This document shows, in pieces, positions 8,586 through 16,669 of a stretch of 48,686 nt of DNA. Position numbers and translations under genes: made by a program. This DNA is from Minisyncoccota bacterium (GTDB taxonomy: Bacteria > Patescibacteriota > Minisyncoccia > Phycocordibacterales > Phycocordibacteraceae): positions 1 through 48,686 of the forward strand of contig JALHPI010000003.1 of assembly GCA_022842585.1 (NCBI GenBank). The letters are read 5' to 3'. The notes beneath the pieces were generated by a model that was not told where the DNA came from, did not search any database, and saw nothing but the letters and a program-made list of their open reading frames with translations. Every line of letters starts with the position of its first letter. The first letter of the stretch is position 1.

Positions 8586-8656
8586 GTGCCTTCAAATCAC
8601 CCTCTCTGGTACGTGTATGCATCGCGCTCAACAGATTTTCGGCTTACAATAGGCGC

Positions 8657-10360
8657 ATGGTGCACGGCATATTGAAGTCCCTCTCGTCTTCCGTGCGTGG
8701 CGTATCTAAGCCAATAAGCAGCCTTCACCAGGCTGCATATCTTTTGGCGGGACTGACGCTCGTATCTCAAATCCTCGCGCTTTTCCGCGACCGCATATTC
8801 GCACACGCGTTTGGTGCAACAGAGACGCTCGACCTCTACTACGCCGCATTTCGTATCCCTGACTTGGTGTTCGCACTCGTCGCGTCCTTGGTGTCCGCAT
8901 ACGTGCTTATCCCGCGCATCGCTGGCACTACCAAAGAGGACACGAAGCGCCTGCTTTCAAACGCCGTTTCTTTTCTCCTTATTGGTGGGGGAATCATCGC
9001 GCTTTTCCTTGCCGTACTTATGCCAAACATTATGTTTGCGCTCTTTCCAGACTTTGCTTCTTCGCCCGACCGAGCAAGTTTCATACTTCTCTCTGAGCTC
9101 TTATTGCTTCAACCAATCCTCCTCGGACTCTCGGGCATTCTCACCAGTGTGACGCAGGTGCATCGGCGATTCGTACTGTTTGCGCTTTCTCCCGTCCTCT
9201 ATAACCTCGGCATCATTTTCGGTGCCGTTGCACTCTATCCGGTCTTTGGTCTTCCGGGCATTGGTATGGGCGTAGTAGGTGGCGCACTGCTGCACCTTCT
9301 TATTCATATTCCGGTCGTCCTGCATGCGGGGGTTTTTCCGAAGCTCATCATCCCCTCAAAAAAAATTGTCCTCTCCATCGTGCGTGACTCGGTACCGCGT
9401 TCACTTGCGCTTTCATTTGGTGCGCTCACCACACTTCTTTTGACTATCCTTGCTTCACAGACCGGTGAGGGCGCAGTGACGGTCTTCACGCTTGCGGGGA
9501 ACCTGCAAGCAGTGCCGCTTGCGCTTATTGGCGCCTCCTACGCAACCGCGGCGTTCCCCGTGCTCTCCGAAGAAGCGCGCGGAAAGCGCGATGAGGCTTT
9601 TAGGGACACCCTGACTGCCGCCGGACGCCACCTCATCTTTTGGTGTTCCGTCGTCGCTATACTGACCATAGTGCTTCGGGCACACTTGGTGCGCGTCATT
9701 TATGGCACGGGTGCATTTGACTGGGATGCCACCAGACTGACGGCAGCGCTTCTTGGCGTGCTGGTCATCGGACTTGCCGCACAAGGGTTTGTACTGCTTG
9801 CGTCGCGTGCGTTTTACGCTGCCCGTCGCTCATGGAACCCGCTTATCATTCAAATCGTCGGACTCTTGATGTCACTTCTGGGCGCGTATGGGTTCTTGGC
9901 TCTTGCTGAAGCGAATATCCATGTAAAATATTTCATTGAGGCACTGCTGCGCATTGAAGACATCAAGGGTTCTTCCGTGGTCTTTATTGCGCTTGGGGCT
10001 ACGCTTGGACAAATTGCCATGGGCGTCCTTGCGCTCATCACCCTTCGAGATGTGGCGCCCGGGGTTGCAAAGAACTTACTCCGCCCACTCTTTGAAGGAG
10101 TGGCGGCTGGCATCATGGGAGGGTTTGCAGCGTATGGCGTTCTCGCAGTGCTCGGAAATATTGCATCTTTGGCCACACTGTCGGCGGTCTTCACGCAAGG
10201 GCTCGTGGCTGGTATGGTGGGGCTAGCCGTATCCGCTTCGGTACTCATTCTCTTGGAGAATCGCGAGTTTAAGGACCTGTATGAATCGCTCCGAAAGATA
10301 ACGCTTTCGAAAGCACTTGCGCCGTCGGGTACTGCATTGAACGACCATCCTCACTCGTAG
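8657..10360 (+). CDS. murJ: Lipid II flippase MurJ (MviN)
   Basis: [30 protein letters not shown]; [12 protein letters not shown]; multiple TM helices. Confidence 0.9.
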   Translation: MVHGILKSLSSSVRGVSKPISSLHQAAYLLAGLTLVSQILALFRDRIFAHAFGATETLDLYYAAFRIPDLVFALVASLVSAYVLIPRIAGTTKEDTKRLLSNAVSFLLIGGGIIALFLAVLMPNIMFALFPDFASSPDRASFILLSELLLLQPILLGLSGILTSVTQVHRRFVLFALSPVLYNLGIIFGAVALYPVFGLPGIGMGVVGGALLHLLIHIPVVLHAGVFPKLIIPSKKIVLSIVRDSVPRSLALSFGALTTLLLTILASQTGEGAVTVFTLAGNLQAVPLALIGASYATAAFPVLSEEARGKRDEAFRDTLTAAGRHLIFWCSVVAILTIVLRAHLVRVIYGTGAFDWDATRLTAALLGVLVIGLAAQGFVLLASRAFYAARRSWNPLIIQIVGLLMSLLGAYGFLALAEANIHVKYFIEALLRIEDIKGSSVVFIALGATLGQIAMGVLALITLRDVAPGVAKNLLRPLFEGVAAGIMGGFAAYGVLAVLGNIASLATLSAVFTQGLVAGMVGLAVSASVLILLENREFKDLYESLRKITLSKALAPSGTALNDHPHS

Positions 10361-10370
10361 AACAACTTTC

Positions 10371-12167
10371 ATGAATATTAGAAATTTCAGCATCATTGCG
10401 CACATTGATCACGGCAAGTCGACCCTTGCCGATCGCATGCTTGAGCGCACGGGTACCATAGAAGCGCGCAAAATGCGCGACCAGGTGCTCGACTCCATGG
10501 ATCTCGAGCGCGAACGCGGCATCACCATCAAGATGCAACCGGCACGTATGAATTTCAAAGCAAACGACGGGACTGCCTAAGTACTGAATCTCATTGTCAC
10601 GCCGGGCCACATCGATTTCGCGTACGAAGTGTCGCGCGCGCTTACCGCAGTAGAGGGAGTGGTCTTGCTTGTGGACTCTACTCAGGGCGTACAGGCGCAG
10701 ACTCTTACCACACTCTCGATGGCGAGGGCCGCAGGCTGCGTCATCATTCCGGCTATATCAAAAATAGATGCGCCGGCGGCGCGTCCCGACGAAGTGAAAG
10801 ACGAGCTCGCACACCTACTCCAAGTTTCTGCCGATAGTGTGCTTGCGGTCTCAGGCCGTACCGGAGACGGTGTGGAGGAACTGCTCCAGGCAATCGTCGA
10901 GCGTGTGCCAGCCCCACGCGCGTCAGAGAGTAACGAGCCGCGCGCAAGCATCTTTGACTTTTCATACTCCACGCATCGTGGCATCGTCGTGTACGTACGC
11001 GTGTTCGACGGGGCCGTGAAGAAAGGCCAGCCTCTTAAATTCCATGCGGCTGGCGCGCATTTCACGTCGCTTGAAACGGGCATCTTCACACCAGGAGAAA
11101 CACCCGCTGAGACCCTTTCTGCAGGAGAAATCGGCTACATAGTCACCGGTATCAAGGAACCGGGCGTGGTGGCGGTCGGAGACACTATAGGCGCCGAAAA
11201 GGGCGTATTACCGCCTTTAGGCGGGTTTGCGCGCCCTCGCCCGGTCGTCTGGGCATCCGTATACCCTGAAAGTCAGGATAGCCTGAATGACCTCAAGCAG
11301 GCGCTTGAACGTCTCCGTCTATCCGACTCCTCACTTTCGTTTGAGGAGGAATCTTCGGGCGTTCTCGGGCGCGGATTCCGTTGTGGATTCCTCGGTATGC
11401 TCCATCTGGAAATCGTCACCGAGCGTCTGCGTCGTGAGTTTTCTCTCTCACTGGTCGTTACGATTCCGACCATCGAGTACGTCGTCACGGATTCAAAAGG
11501 GAAGCGGGAAACTATCTACACGCCGTCGAAGTTTCCCACGTTCGGCGAGACCGAGTCGGTGGAAGAGCCGTGGGCGAACGTCATACTGATTGCGCCGCCC
11601 GACGCGCTTTCGGGACTCATACAGTTGTTGCACGATCATGAGGCTATTGTAGGAAATACGCATGCGTACGCCGACGGGCGCATCGAGCTTACTGCCGAGA
11701 TGCCGCTTCGCGAACTCATGCGCGGATTCTTCGACCGCGTGAAAAACGTTTCTTCCGGATACGCTTCGCTTTCTTACGAGCTTCTGCCGGTGCGTCCCGC
11801 AGACGTGGTGAAGCTCGACATACTGATTGCGGAAGAAGAGGTGCCCGCATTTGCCCGCATCGTCTCTCGTCGTCGCGTACAGGAGGAAGGCGAGCGCATG
11901 GTGGAGAAGCTCTACCAGATACTCCCAAAACAACTTCAAGTCACGAAAATCCAGGCGTTCGCGCTCGGGCGCATCATCTCCTCGCGCACTATTTCCGCGG
12001 TCCGCAAGGACGTCACCGGCTACCTCTACGGAGGCGATATCACGCGAAAAATGAAACTGCGCGAGAAGCAGAAGAAAGGCAAGAAGCACCGTGCGCAATT
12101 CGATAAGAATCGCGTGGATATACCCGAAGATGTCTTCATGAAGATGGTACAGGAGTCGGACCGATAA
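10371..12167 (+). pseudogene. lepA: Elongation factor 4 LepA with in-frame TAA at 10578-10580 (pseudogene or sequence error)
   Basis: [20 protein letters not shown]...RERGITIK and the downstream ORF (GFRCGFLGMLH, GGDITRKMKL) share one frame; a single TAA and IVTPGH in place of IDTPGH. Confidence 0.9.
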
Positions 12168-12179
12168 AGTTCGCTCACC

Positions 12180-12333
12180 GTATTCGAAAATGAACGTAAC
12201 AACGCCTTTCAGGGCGCGCGGAGCTGCATAGTCGTCTCGTTCCAAAAATAGCTAAAGCGCTTAGCTAGTCGCTATTTTTGTCCTCGACTCCATGCGCTCC
12301 GGCTGCTTGCAGGAAGCGTTCATTTTTGAATAC
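12180..12333 (+). repeat. ~155-nt multibranched structured repeat, copy 1 (homologue at 41274-41431)
   Basis: Closing stem GTATTCGAAAATGAACG/CGTTCATTTTTGAATAC; motifs CGCCTTTCAGGGCGC, TAAAGCGCTTAGCTAGTC, CGGCTGCTTGCAGGAAG. Confidence 0.75.
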
Positions 12334-12388
12334 GCCTCGCTCGGAGGTGTCGGAAAAGATGCGTGTTGAGGTTGGTATACTGCGTAGC

Positions 12389-12742
12389 ATGATGCGCAGG
12401 AAAAAAACTACGATGCGCGAGTACTTGATAGCAGGCGGACTCATACTCCTTCTTTTGTGGCTCCTGTTCCTTTTCTGGGGGATTTTCCGCAAGGAAGAAG
12501 TGGCGCGGCGCGCGGCCGAAGACAGTAAGCGCCAACTTGCAGCTCTCACCGCGCGCGAGGAGACACTCCGAAAGAACATTGCGGACTTGAATACGGAACG
12601 CGGTCAGGAAGCCTCTATCCGCGAGACGTACGGAGTTGCACGAGAGGGCGAGGAGGTTATTATCGTGGTACCGGCGGAAGGGGGCGAAGTCGTCCCGAAG
12701 GGGAATTGGTGGGATGGTCTCTTTAGCTGGTTGAAGTTTTAG
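12389..12742 (+). CDS. Septum formation initiator (FtsB/DivIC-like)
   Basis: One TM helix, coiled coil, E..IRETYGVAREGEEVIIV motif. Confidence 0.75.
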   Translation: MMRRKKTTMREYLIAGGLILLLLWLLFLFWGIFRKEEVARRAAEDSKRQLAALTAREETLRKNIADLNTERGQEASIRETYGVAREGEEVIIVVPAEGGEVVPKGNWWDGLFSWLKF

Positions 12743-12746
12743 AATT

Positions 12747-12817
12747 GCGAAATTGGTTTAGTGGCAGAACACGACCTTCCCAAGGTTGGGGCACGGGTTC
12801 GATTCCCGTATTTCGCA
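12747..12817 (+). tRNA. tRNA-Gly(CCC)
   Basis: GCGAAAT/ATTTCGC acceptor, CGACC-TTCCCAA-GGTTG anticodon arm, GGTTCGATTCCC T arm. Confidence 0.95.
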
Positions 12818-12820
12818 CAT

Positions 12821-12903
12821 AGTTGTGGTAGAACGATGAAGTGACGCCCCGCGTCACTTCATTCCCTCGGTTCAGGTACGAGTTCGATTCTCGTATTCCG
12901 CAC
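12821..12903 (+). pseudogene. Truncated tRNA-Gly-like relic containing a 12-bp hairpin
   Basis: GTGGTAGAAC D-arm remnant and intact ACGAG-TTCGATT-CTCGT-ATTCCGCA 3' end, but no 5' acceptor strand. Confidence 0.6.
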
Positions 12904-13152
12904 ATGAAGCACGCGTATGCGTGCGTAATGGCTGGAATAAGAGAATCGAAGCTGAGCACGGGTACCATTTTCAGCAGAAAATGGTCGTGCGAAGGGTGGT
13001 CAGGCGGAGTATCGAGTGACGACGAGATGCGAGCGCTTGACCGATGCGCGCTGAGATTTTGTTAGCATTCCGATGCTCTAGAAAATCCAAGTGTGGTCAT
13101 TCCTGTGAGCCACTGCCTGCGGTCTTCGCAGGACACTCCCCGTATTTCGCAC
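12904..13152 (+). repeat. tRNA 3'-associated structured element, copy 1 (homologue at 28726-28923, minus strand)
   Basis: Inverted copy of the tRNA 3' end (12934-12950), shared ~105-nt core, direct copy CCCGTATTTCGCAC ending at 13152. Confidence 0.8.
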
Positions 13153-13219
13153 CAATAGAGGGGCTGATACCTGTGGATAAGTACAGATGATATACTGACG
13201 GGACCTAAACGAAATAACC

Positions 13220-13477
13220 ATGGATAAAACAGTCACCATCTACTCGACCCCTACGTGTCACTTCTGCCAGATGAGCAAAGAGTTCTTTACGGCGAACAAT
13301 GTCGCATACACGGAATTCAACGTCGCGGCGGATCCTGCGAAGCGTCAGGAAATGATTGATAAGAGCGGACAGATGGGAGTACCCGTCATCTACGTCGGAG
13401 ACGAGATGATCATCGGATTCGATAAGGGACGTCTTTCGGAGCTCTTGGGAATTGGACAGGGAACAACAGAGGTTTAG
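13220..13477 (+). CDS. Glutaredoxin-like protein (NrdH/YruB type)
   Basis: YSTPTCHFC, GQMGVPV, IIGFD. Confidence 0.9.
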   Translation: MDKTVTIYSTPTCHFCQMSKEFFTANNVAYTEFNVAADPAKRQEMIDKSGQMGVPVIYVGDEMIIGFDKGRLSELLGIGQGTTEV

Positions 13478-13488
13478 TCGTAGAAACC

Positions 13489-13517
13489 AAAACCGGCCGC
13501 GTAGAGCGGCCGGTTTT
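13489..13517 (+). terminator. Intrinsic terminator
   Basis: AAAACCGGCCGC-gtaga-GCGGCCGGTTTT. Confidence 0.8.
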
Positions 13518-13548
13518 GTGCTATCCTCCGCCTGGTACGTGCAATTTT

Positions 13549-13631
13549 CCGCTATATGGGTTATTTGCACCCATATAGCGGCTCGTTCGGAGAATATAAG
13601 AATAAAGGGTATTCTTATATTTCCTCACTTC
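13549..13631 (+). repeat. tRNA 5'-leader element, copy 1
   Basis: Hairpin duplicating the tRNA 5' end (CCGCTATA), then CGTTCGGAGAATAT-hairpin-TTCCTCACTT. Confidence 0.7.
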
Positions 13632-13706
13632 GCCGCTATAGCTCAATGGATAGAGCATCTCACTCCTAACGAGACGATGTAGGTTCGATTCCTGCTGGCG
13701 GCACCA
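13632..13706 (+). tRNA. tRNA-Arg(CCT)
   Basis: GCCGCTA/TGGCGGC acceptor, loop CTCCTAA, GGTTCGATTCC, encoded CCA; one mismatch in the anticodon stem. Confidence 0.9.
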
Positions 13707-13721
13707 AGGTATACTGAAGGT

Positions 13722-14012
13722 ATGGAAATTGATACTACCGATAACGGCAGCATGAGCGATCAGATAGAGGAGATGCTCATCCTTACCCGCGAAAACAACA
13801 AACTCCTAAAACGGATACGTCGGGACGCCATCATCGGTGGAATACTGAAAATCGCCCTTTGGGTCGTCGTTATCCTCGCATCGTTCTACTTCTCGGCAAA
13901 ATTCCTAGAACCGTATCTGGGTATGCTTCAGACTGCCGGGCAGCAAGGAGGACAGAGTATAGGGGACGTACAAGGGCTTATAGAGCAATATAAAGGCCTT
14001 TTAGGGCAGTAG
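13722..14012 (+). CDS. Small single-pass membrane hypothetical protein
   Basis: LTRENNKLLKRIRR followed by a TM segment; -10-like hexamer upstream. Confidence 0.7.
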   Translation: MEIDTTDNGSMSDQIEEMLILTRENNKLLKRIRRDAIIGGILKIALWVVVILASFYFSAKFLEPYLGMLQTAGQQGGQSIGDVQGLIEQYKGLLGQ

Positions 14013-14153
14013 TGAAAGCGGAGGCGCGATATGCTAGGATAAGCCCAAGTCGGGGGATTAGCTTGGATAAACCGTCGCTACGCTTCGGTTTTTCCTACGC
14101 TCGCTCGACGAATATCAGAATATGCCTTCGGCGCATTCTGATATTGTCTCGCT

Positions 14154-14223
14154 CGCTTGGATAAGTAGGCTTGTCCAAGCGGCGTTCGGAAAATATGATT
14201 AGGAATCATCTTGTTCCTCACTT
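14154..14223 (+). repeat. tRNA 5'-leader element, copy 2
   Basis: Hairpin duplicating the tRNA 5' end (GCTTGGATA), then CGTTCGGAAAATAT-hairpin-TTCCTCACTT. Confidence 0.7.
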
Positions 14224-14296
14224 GCTTGGATAGCTCAGTTGGTAGAGCACTTCCCTGAAGAGGAAGGGGTCCCCGGTTCGAGCCCGGGTCCAAGCA
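14224..14296 (+). tRNA. tRNA-Phe(GAA)
   Basis: GCTTGGA/TCCAAGC acceptor, CTTCC-CTGAAGA-GGAAG anticodon arm. Confidence 0.95.
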
Positions 14297-14300
14297 CACG

Positions 14301-15395
14301 ATGCCTCTCTCCGGCATATTTCAAAATCTCCTCACGTGGGCCGCTAAAAACGAGCGTCCGCTCGGTGCGGCGCTGTTCGCGTTTGGGTTCTGTATTGACT
14401 TCTTCACGTTCGGAGTACTTCCGATAGGGCTCGTAAACTACTTCTTTATCGGCTACCTCACACTCGCGGCTGTGTCATGCCTCGGTTCCCATATCTTCAT
14501 TCACCACCATGACAGTACGTCCTGGTGGAAGAAGACGCTCTCGGTCGTATTTCCGCTTGGTGCGCAGTATGCGTTTGGCGGGCTCTTGTCGGGCTTTCTT
14601 GTCTTTTATACTGCGCATTCGGTCGTTGCTGTTTCCTGGCCGTTTCTTATCGTGCTTGCGCTCGTGTTCATCGGGAACGAATACTTCCGCATGTACAAGC
14701 AGTTCCTCGTCTTCCAGACCACGCTCTTTTTCTTTTCGCTCTACGCATACACTATTTTCGGAGTGCCGCTCATCCTCGGCTCGCTTGGCCCGCTCGTATT
14801 TGTATGGAGCACACTTGCTGCGATCGTCCTCTTCACGCTCTTCCTGCTTGCGCTTCGGTATTTGAATACTGCCCGCTACAAGGAAAACCGTACCCGTATC
14901 CTCCAAGCCTGTGCTGCCGTACTTATCGCGGTTTCCGGCTCTTATGCGTTCGGGGTTATACCTCCCATACCGCTCGTGATGAAGGATTCAGGCATGTACC
15001 AAAGTCTTGCCAAAATTCAGGGCGGATATCGGGTAGAGGGCGAGGTACCGCGTGAGTGGTGGGATTTACGTACGCCGGTCGTGCATCACGTCCCGAATAC
15101 GTATGTATACGCGTATAGCGCGATAGCGGCGCCGGTGAAGTTCGGAAGCACGGTGGTGCACCGCTGGGAGCGATATGATGCGGAAGAGAACGATTGGATT
15201 ACGGTAAGCAAAGTCGCGTTCCCCATAACAGGCGGCCGTGCCGAAGGGTATCGCGGATATTCGGAACGAAATACGCTACCTGAAGGGAAGTGGCGTGTCT
15301 CGGTAGAGACGGCGAACGGCCAAGTGATTGGCCGCATACGCTTTGATATAGAGACTGTGAGTGTAAAGCCCCCGCTAATTGAAAAAACCTTATAG
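14301..15395 (+). CDS. DUF2914 domain membrane protein
   Basis: N-terminal TM bundle; C-terminal HRW...GGRAEGYRGYS...GKWRVSVET. Confidence 0.8.
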   Translation: MPLSGIFQNLLTWAAKNERPLGAALFAFGFCIDFFTFGVLPIGLVNYFFIGYLTLAAVSCLGSHIFIHHHDSTSWWKKTLSVVFPLGAQYAFGGLLSGFLVFYTAHSVVAVSWPFLIVLALVFIGNEYFRMYKQFLVFQTTLFFFSLYAYTIFGVPLILGSLGPLVFVWSTLAAIVLFTLFLLALRYLNTARYKENRTRILQACAAVLIAVSGSYAFGVIPPIPLVMKDSGMYQSLAKIQGGYRVEGEVPREWWDLRTPVVHHVPNTYVYAYSAIAAPVKFGSTVVHRWERYDAEENDWITVSKVAFPITGGRAEGYRGYSERNTLPEGKWRVSVETANGQVIGRIRFDIETVSVKPPLIEKTL

Positions 15396-15401
15396 CAAGC
15401 T

Positions 15402-15893
15402 CTACGAAGAACGGACCTTAAGTTTGGTCTGGCGAGTCTTATCTAGTTTCGGAAGGATGATAGTGAGGAGGCCGTCCTTCGAAGACGCTTGTGCGCCATC
15501 CACATCCACTTCCTGGGGAAGCATGATGGTGCGGGTAAAGGTGCCCCAGAACAATTCCTGGTTGAAATAGTCGGTGCCGGAAATTTCAGTACGCTCCTCA
15601 CGCGAACCTTCAATAACCACCATATCGCGGCTTATGGAGACGTTCATCTCGTCCGGACGAACTCCTGCGACGAAGGTACGGATGACGAGCTCGGTCGGGG
15701 TTTGGTAGAGGTCTACCGGGAGGTGTCCCTCAGTACGTTCTTCAGAGGCGAGCGGGTGGATGCTTACTCCGCCGCTAGATACAGGAGTACGTCGCATATT
15801 GGACTCCATAGGCATGACATCATCATCAAAATCGTATTCTTCTTCGCGGTGGGAGGAACCGGAGAGACGCTCGAACAGGGAAGGTTTTTTCAT
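15402..15893 (-). CDS. Hsp20 / alpha-crystallin small heat-shock protein
   Basis: VDLYQT, ELFWGTFTRTIMLP, DGLLTIILPK. Confidence 0.9.
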   Translation of the reverse strand: MKKPSLFERLSGSSHREEEYDFDDDVMPMESNMRRTPVSSGGVSIHPLASEERTEGHLPVDLYQTPTELVIRTFVAGVRPDEMNVSISRDMVVIEGSREERTEISGTDYFNQELFWGTFTRTIMLPQEVDVDGAQASSKDGLLTIILPKLDKTRQTKLKVRSS

Positions 15894-15897
15894 ACGA

Positions 15898-16650
15898 TTA
15901 GCAGGTGTTCTTTGGTAAATTTCGGTAGAGGAAGTATTTCAATATCTCGAATGCGGCGAAAATCGCCACCGCGCCGGTCCACACTGTGAAAAGCGCGAGA
16001 ATGACATACGAGCCATCTCCTTCGATTATAAAAAAATTAAACAATGCATGCAATGCAATCGCAAGGATAAGTCCGATGGATGCGGCAATGGTACGTACGA
16101 CTGGCGCGGCTTTGTATGAGAATGCAAGCGCAAACCCGAGCACTGAAGAAGCGACAATATGAAGTAAGGTTGAGCCGATGAAGCGGAGGTTCCCAAGGCC
16201 GATAGCTTCCATGAGATATCCTTGGGAGAACGGCTGTATGAGGAAGAGCATGTTCTCAAGAGCGGCAAACCCGAGCGCGACCGTAAGCATGGTTGCGACG
16301 ATATCAAGAGAATTACGAACCGCGTTACGCATCCAGAGTACGAGAACCGCAGCAAGCGCGTACTTGGCCGTCTCCTCTATGGCTGACCAAGCAATGAGGA
16401 CTTTTGTGCCAAGCAGGCTCGTCTCGCCATGGGTACAGGCAAGATACGCCTGTATGGCCCATTCATTGCACGAGAGAGCCTGGAGAGGCATCACCAGCGG
16501 CACCGCAATCATGCCTGCCACAAACGCAAGTATGACCGCCCAGCGCGGTTGCGGGCAGCGGTCCTCTTCGCGAAGCATGAAAACGAGCCAGGCAAGCGCA
16601 GGCAAGACTCCGCCTAAAAATGCGTATCCAAGAGTCTCAAGGCTCGGCAT
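15898..16650 (-). CDS. PrsW-family intramembrane metalloprotease
   Basis: IEETAK, LGFAALEN, LLH and LHALFN motifs. Confidence 0.85.
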   Translation of the reverse strand: MPSLETLGYAFLGGVLPALAWLVFMLREEDRCPQPRWAVILAFVAGMIAVPLVMPLQALSCNEWAIQAYLACTHGETSLLGTKVLIAWSAIEETAKYALAAVLVLWMRNAVRNSLDIVATMLTVALGFAALENMLFLIQPFSQGYLMEAIGLGNLRFIGSTLLHIVASSVLGFALAFSYKAAPVVRTIAASIGLILAIALHALFNFFIIEGDGSYVILALFTVWTGAVAIFAAFEILKYFLYRNLPKNTC

Positions 16651-16669
16651 CCTTCTATTCTAACAGGCC

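Noticed and set aside
10578-10580. Alternative genetic code or programmed readthrough in lepA
   Set aside because: TAA, TAG and TGA all end intact genes in this window, and a second nearby lesion suggests error or decay
12805-13152. Prophage or integrative island att sites at tRNA-Gly
   Set aside because: The enclosed DNA is only about 330 bp with no integrase; it is better explained by the tRNA-associated repeat family
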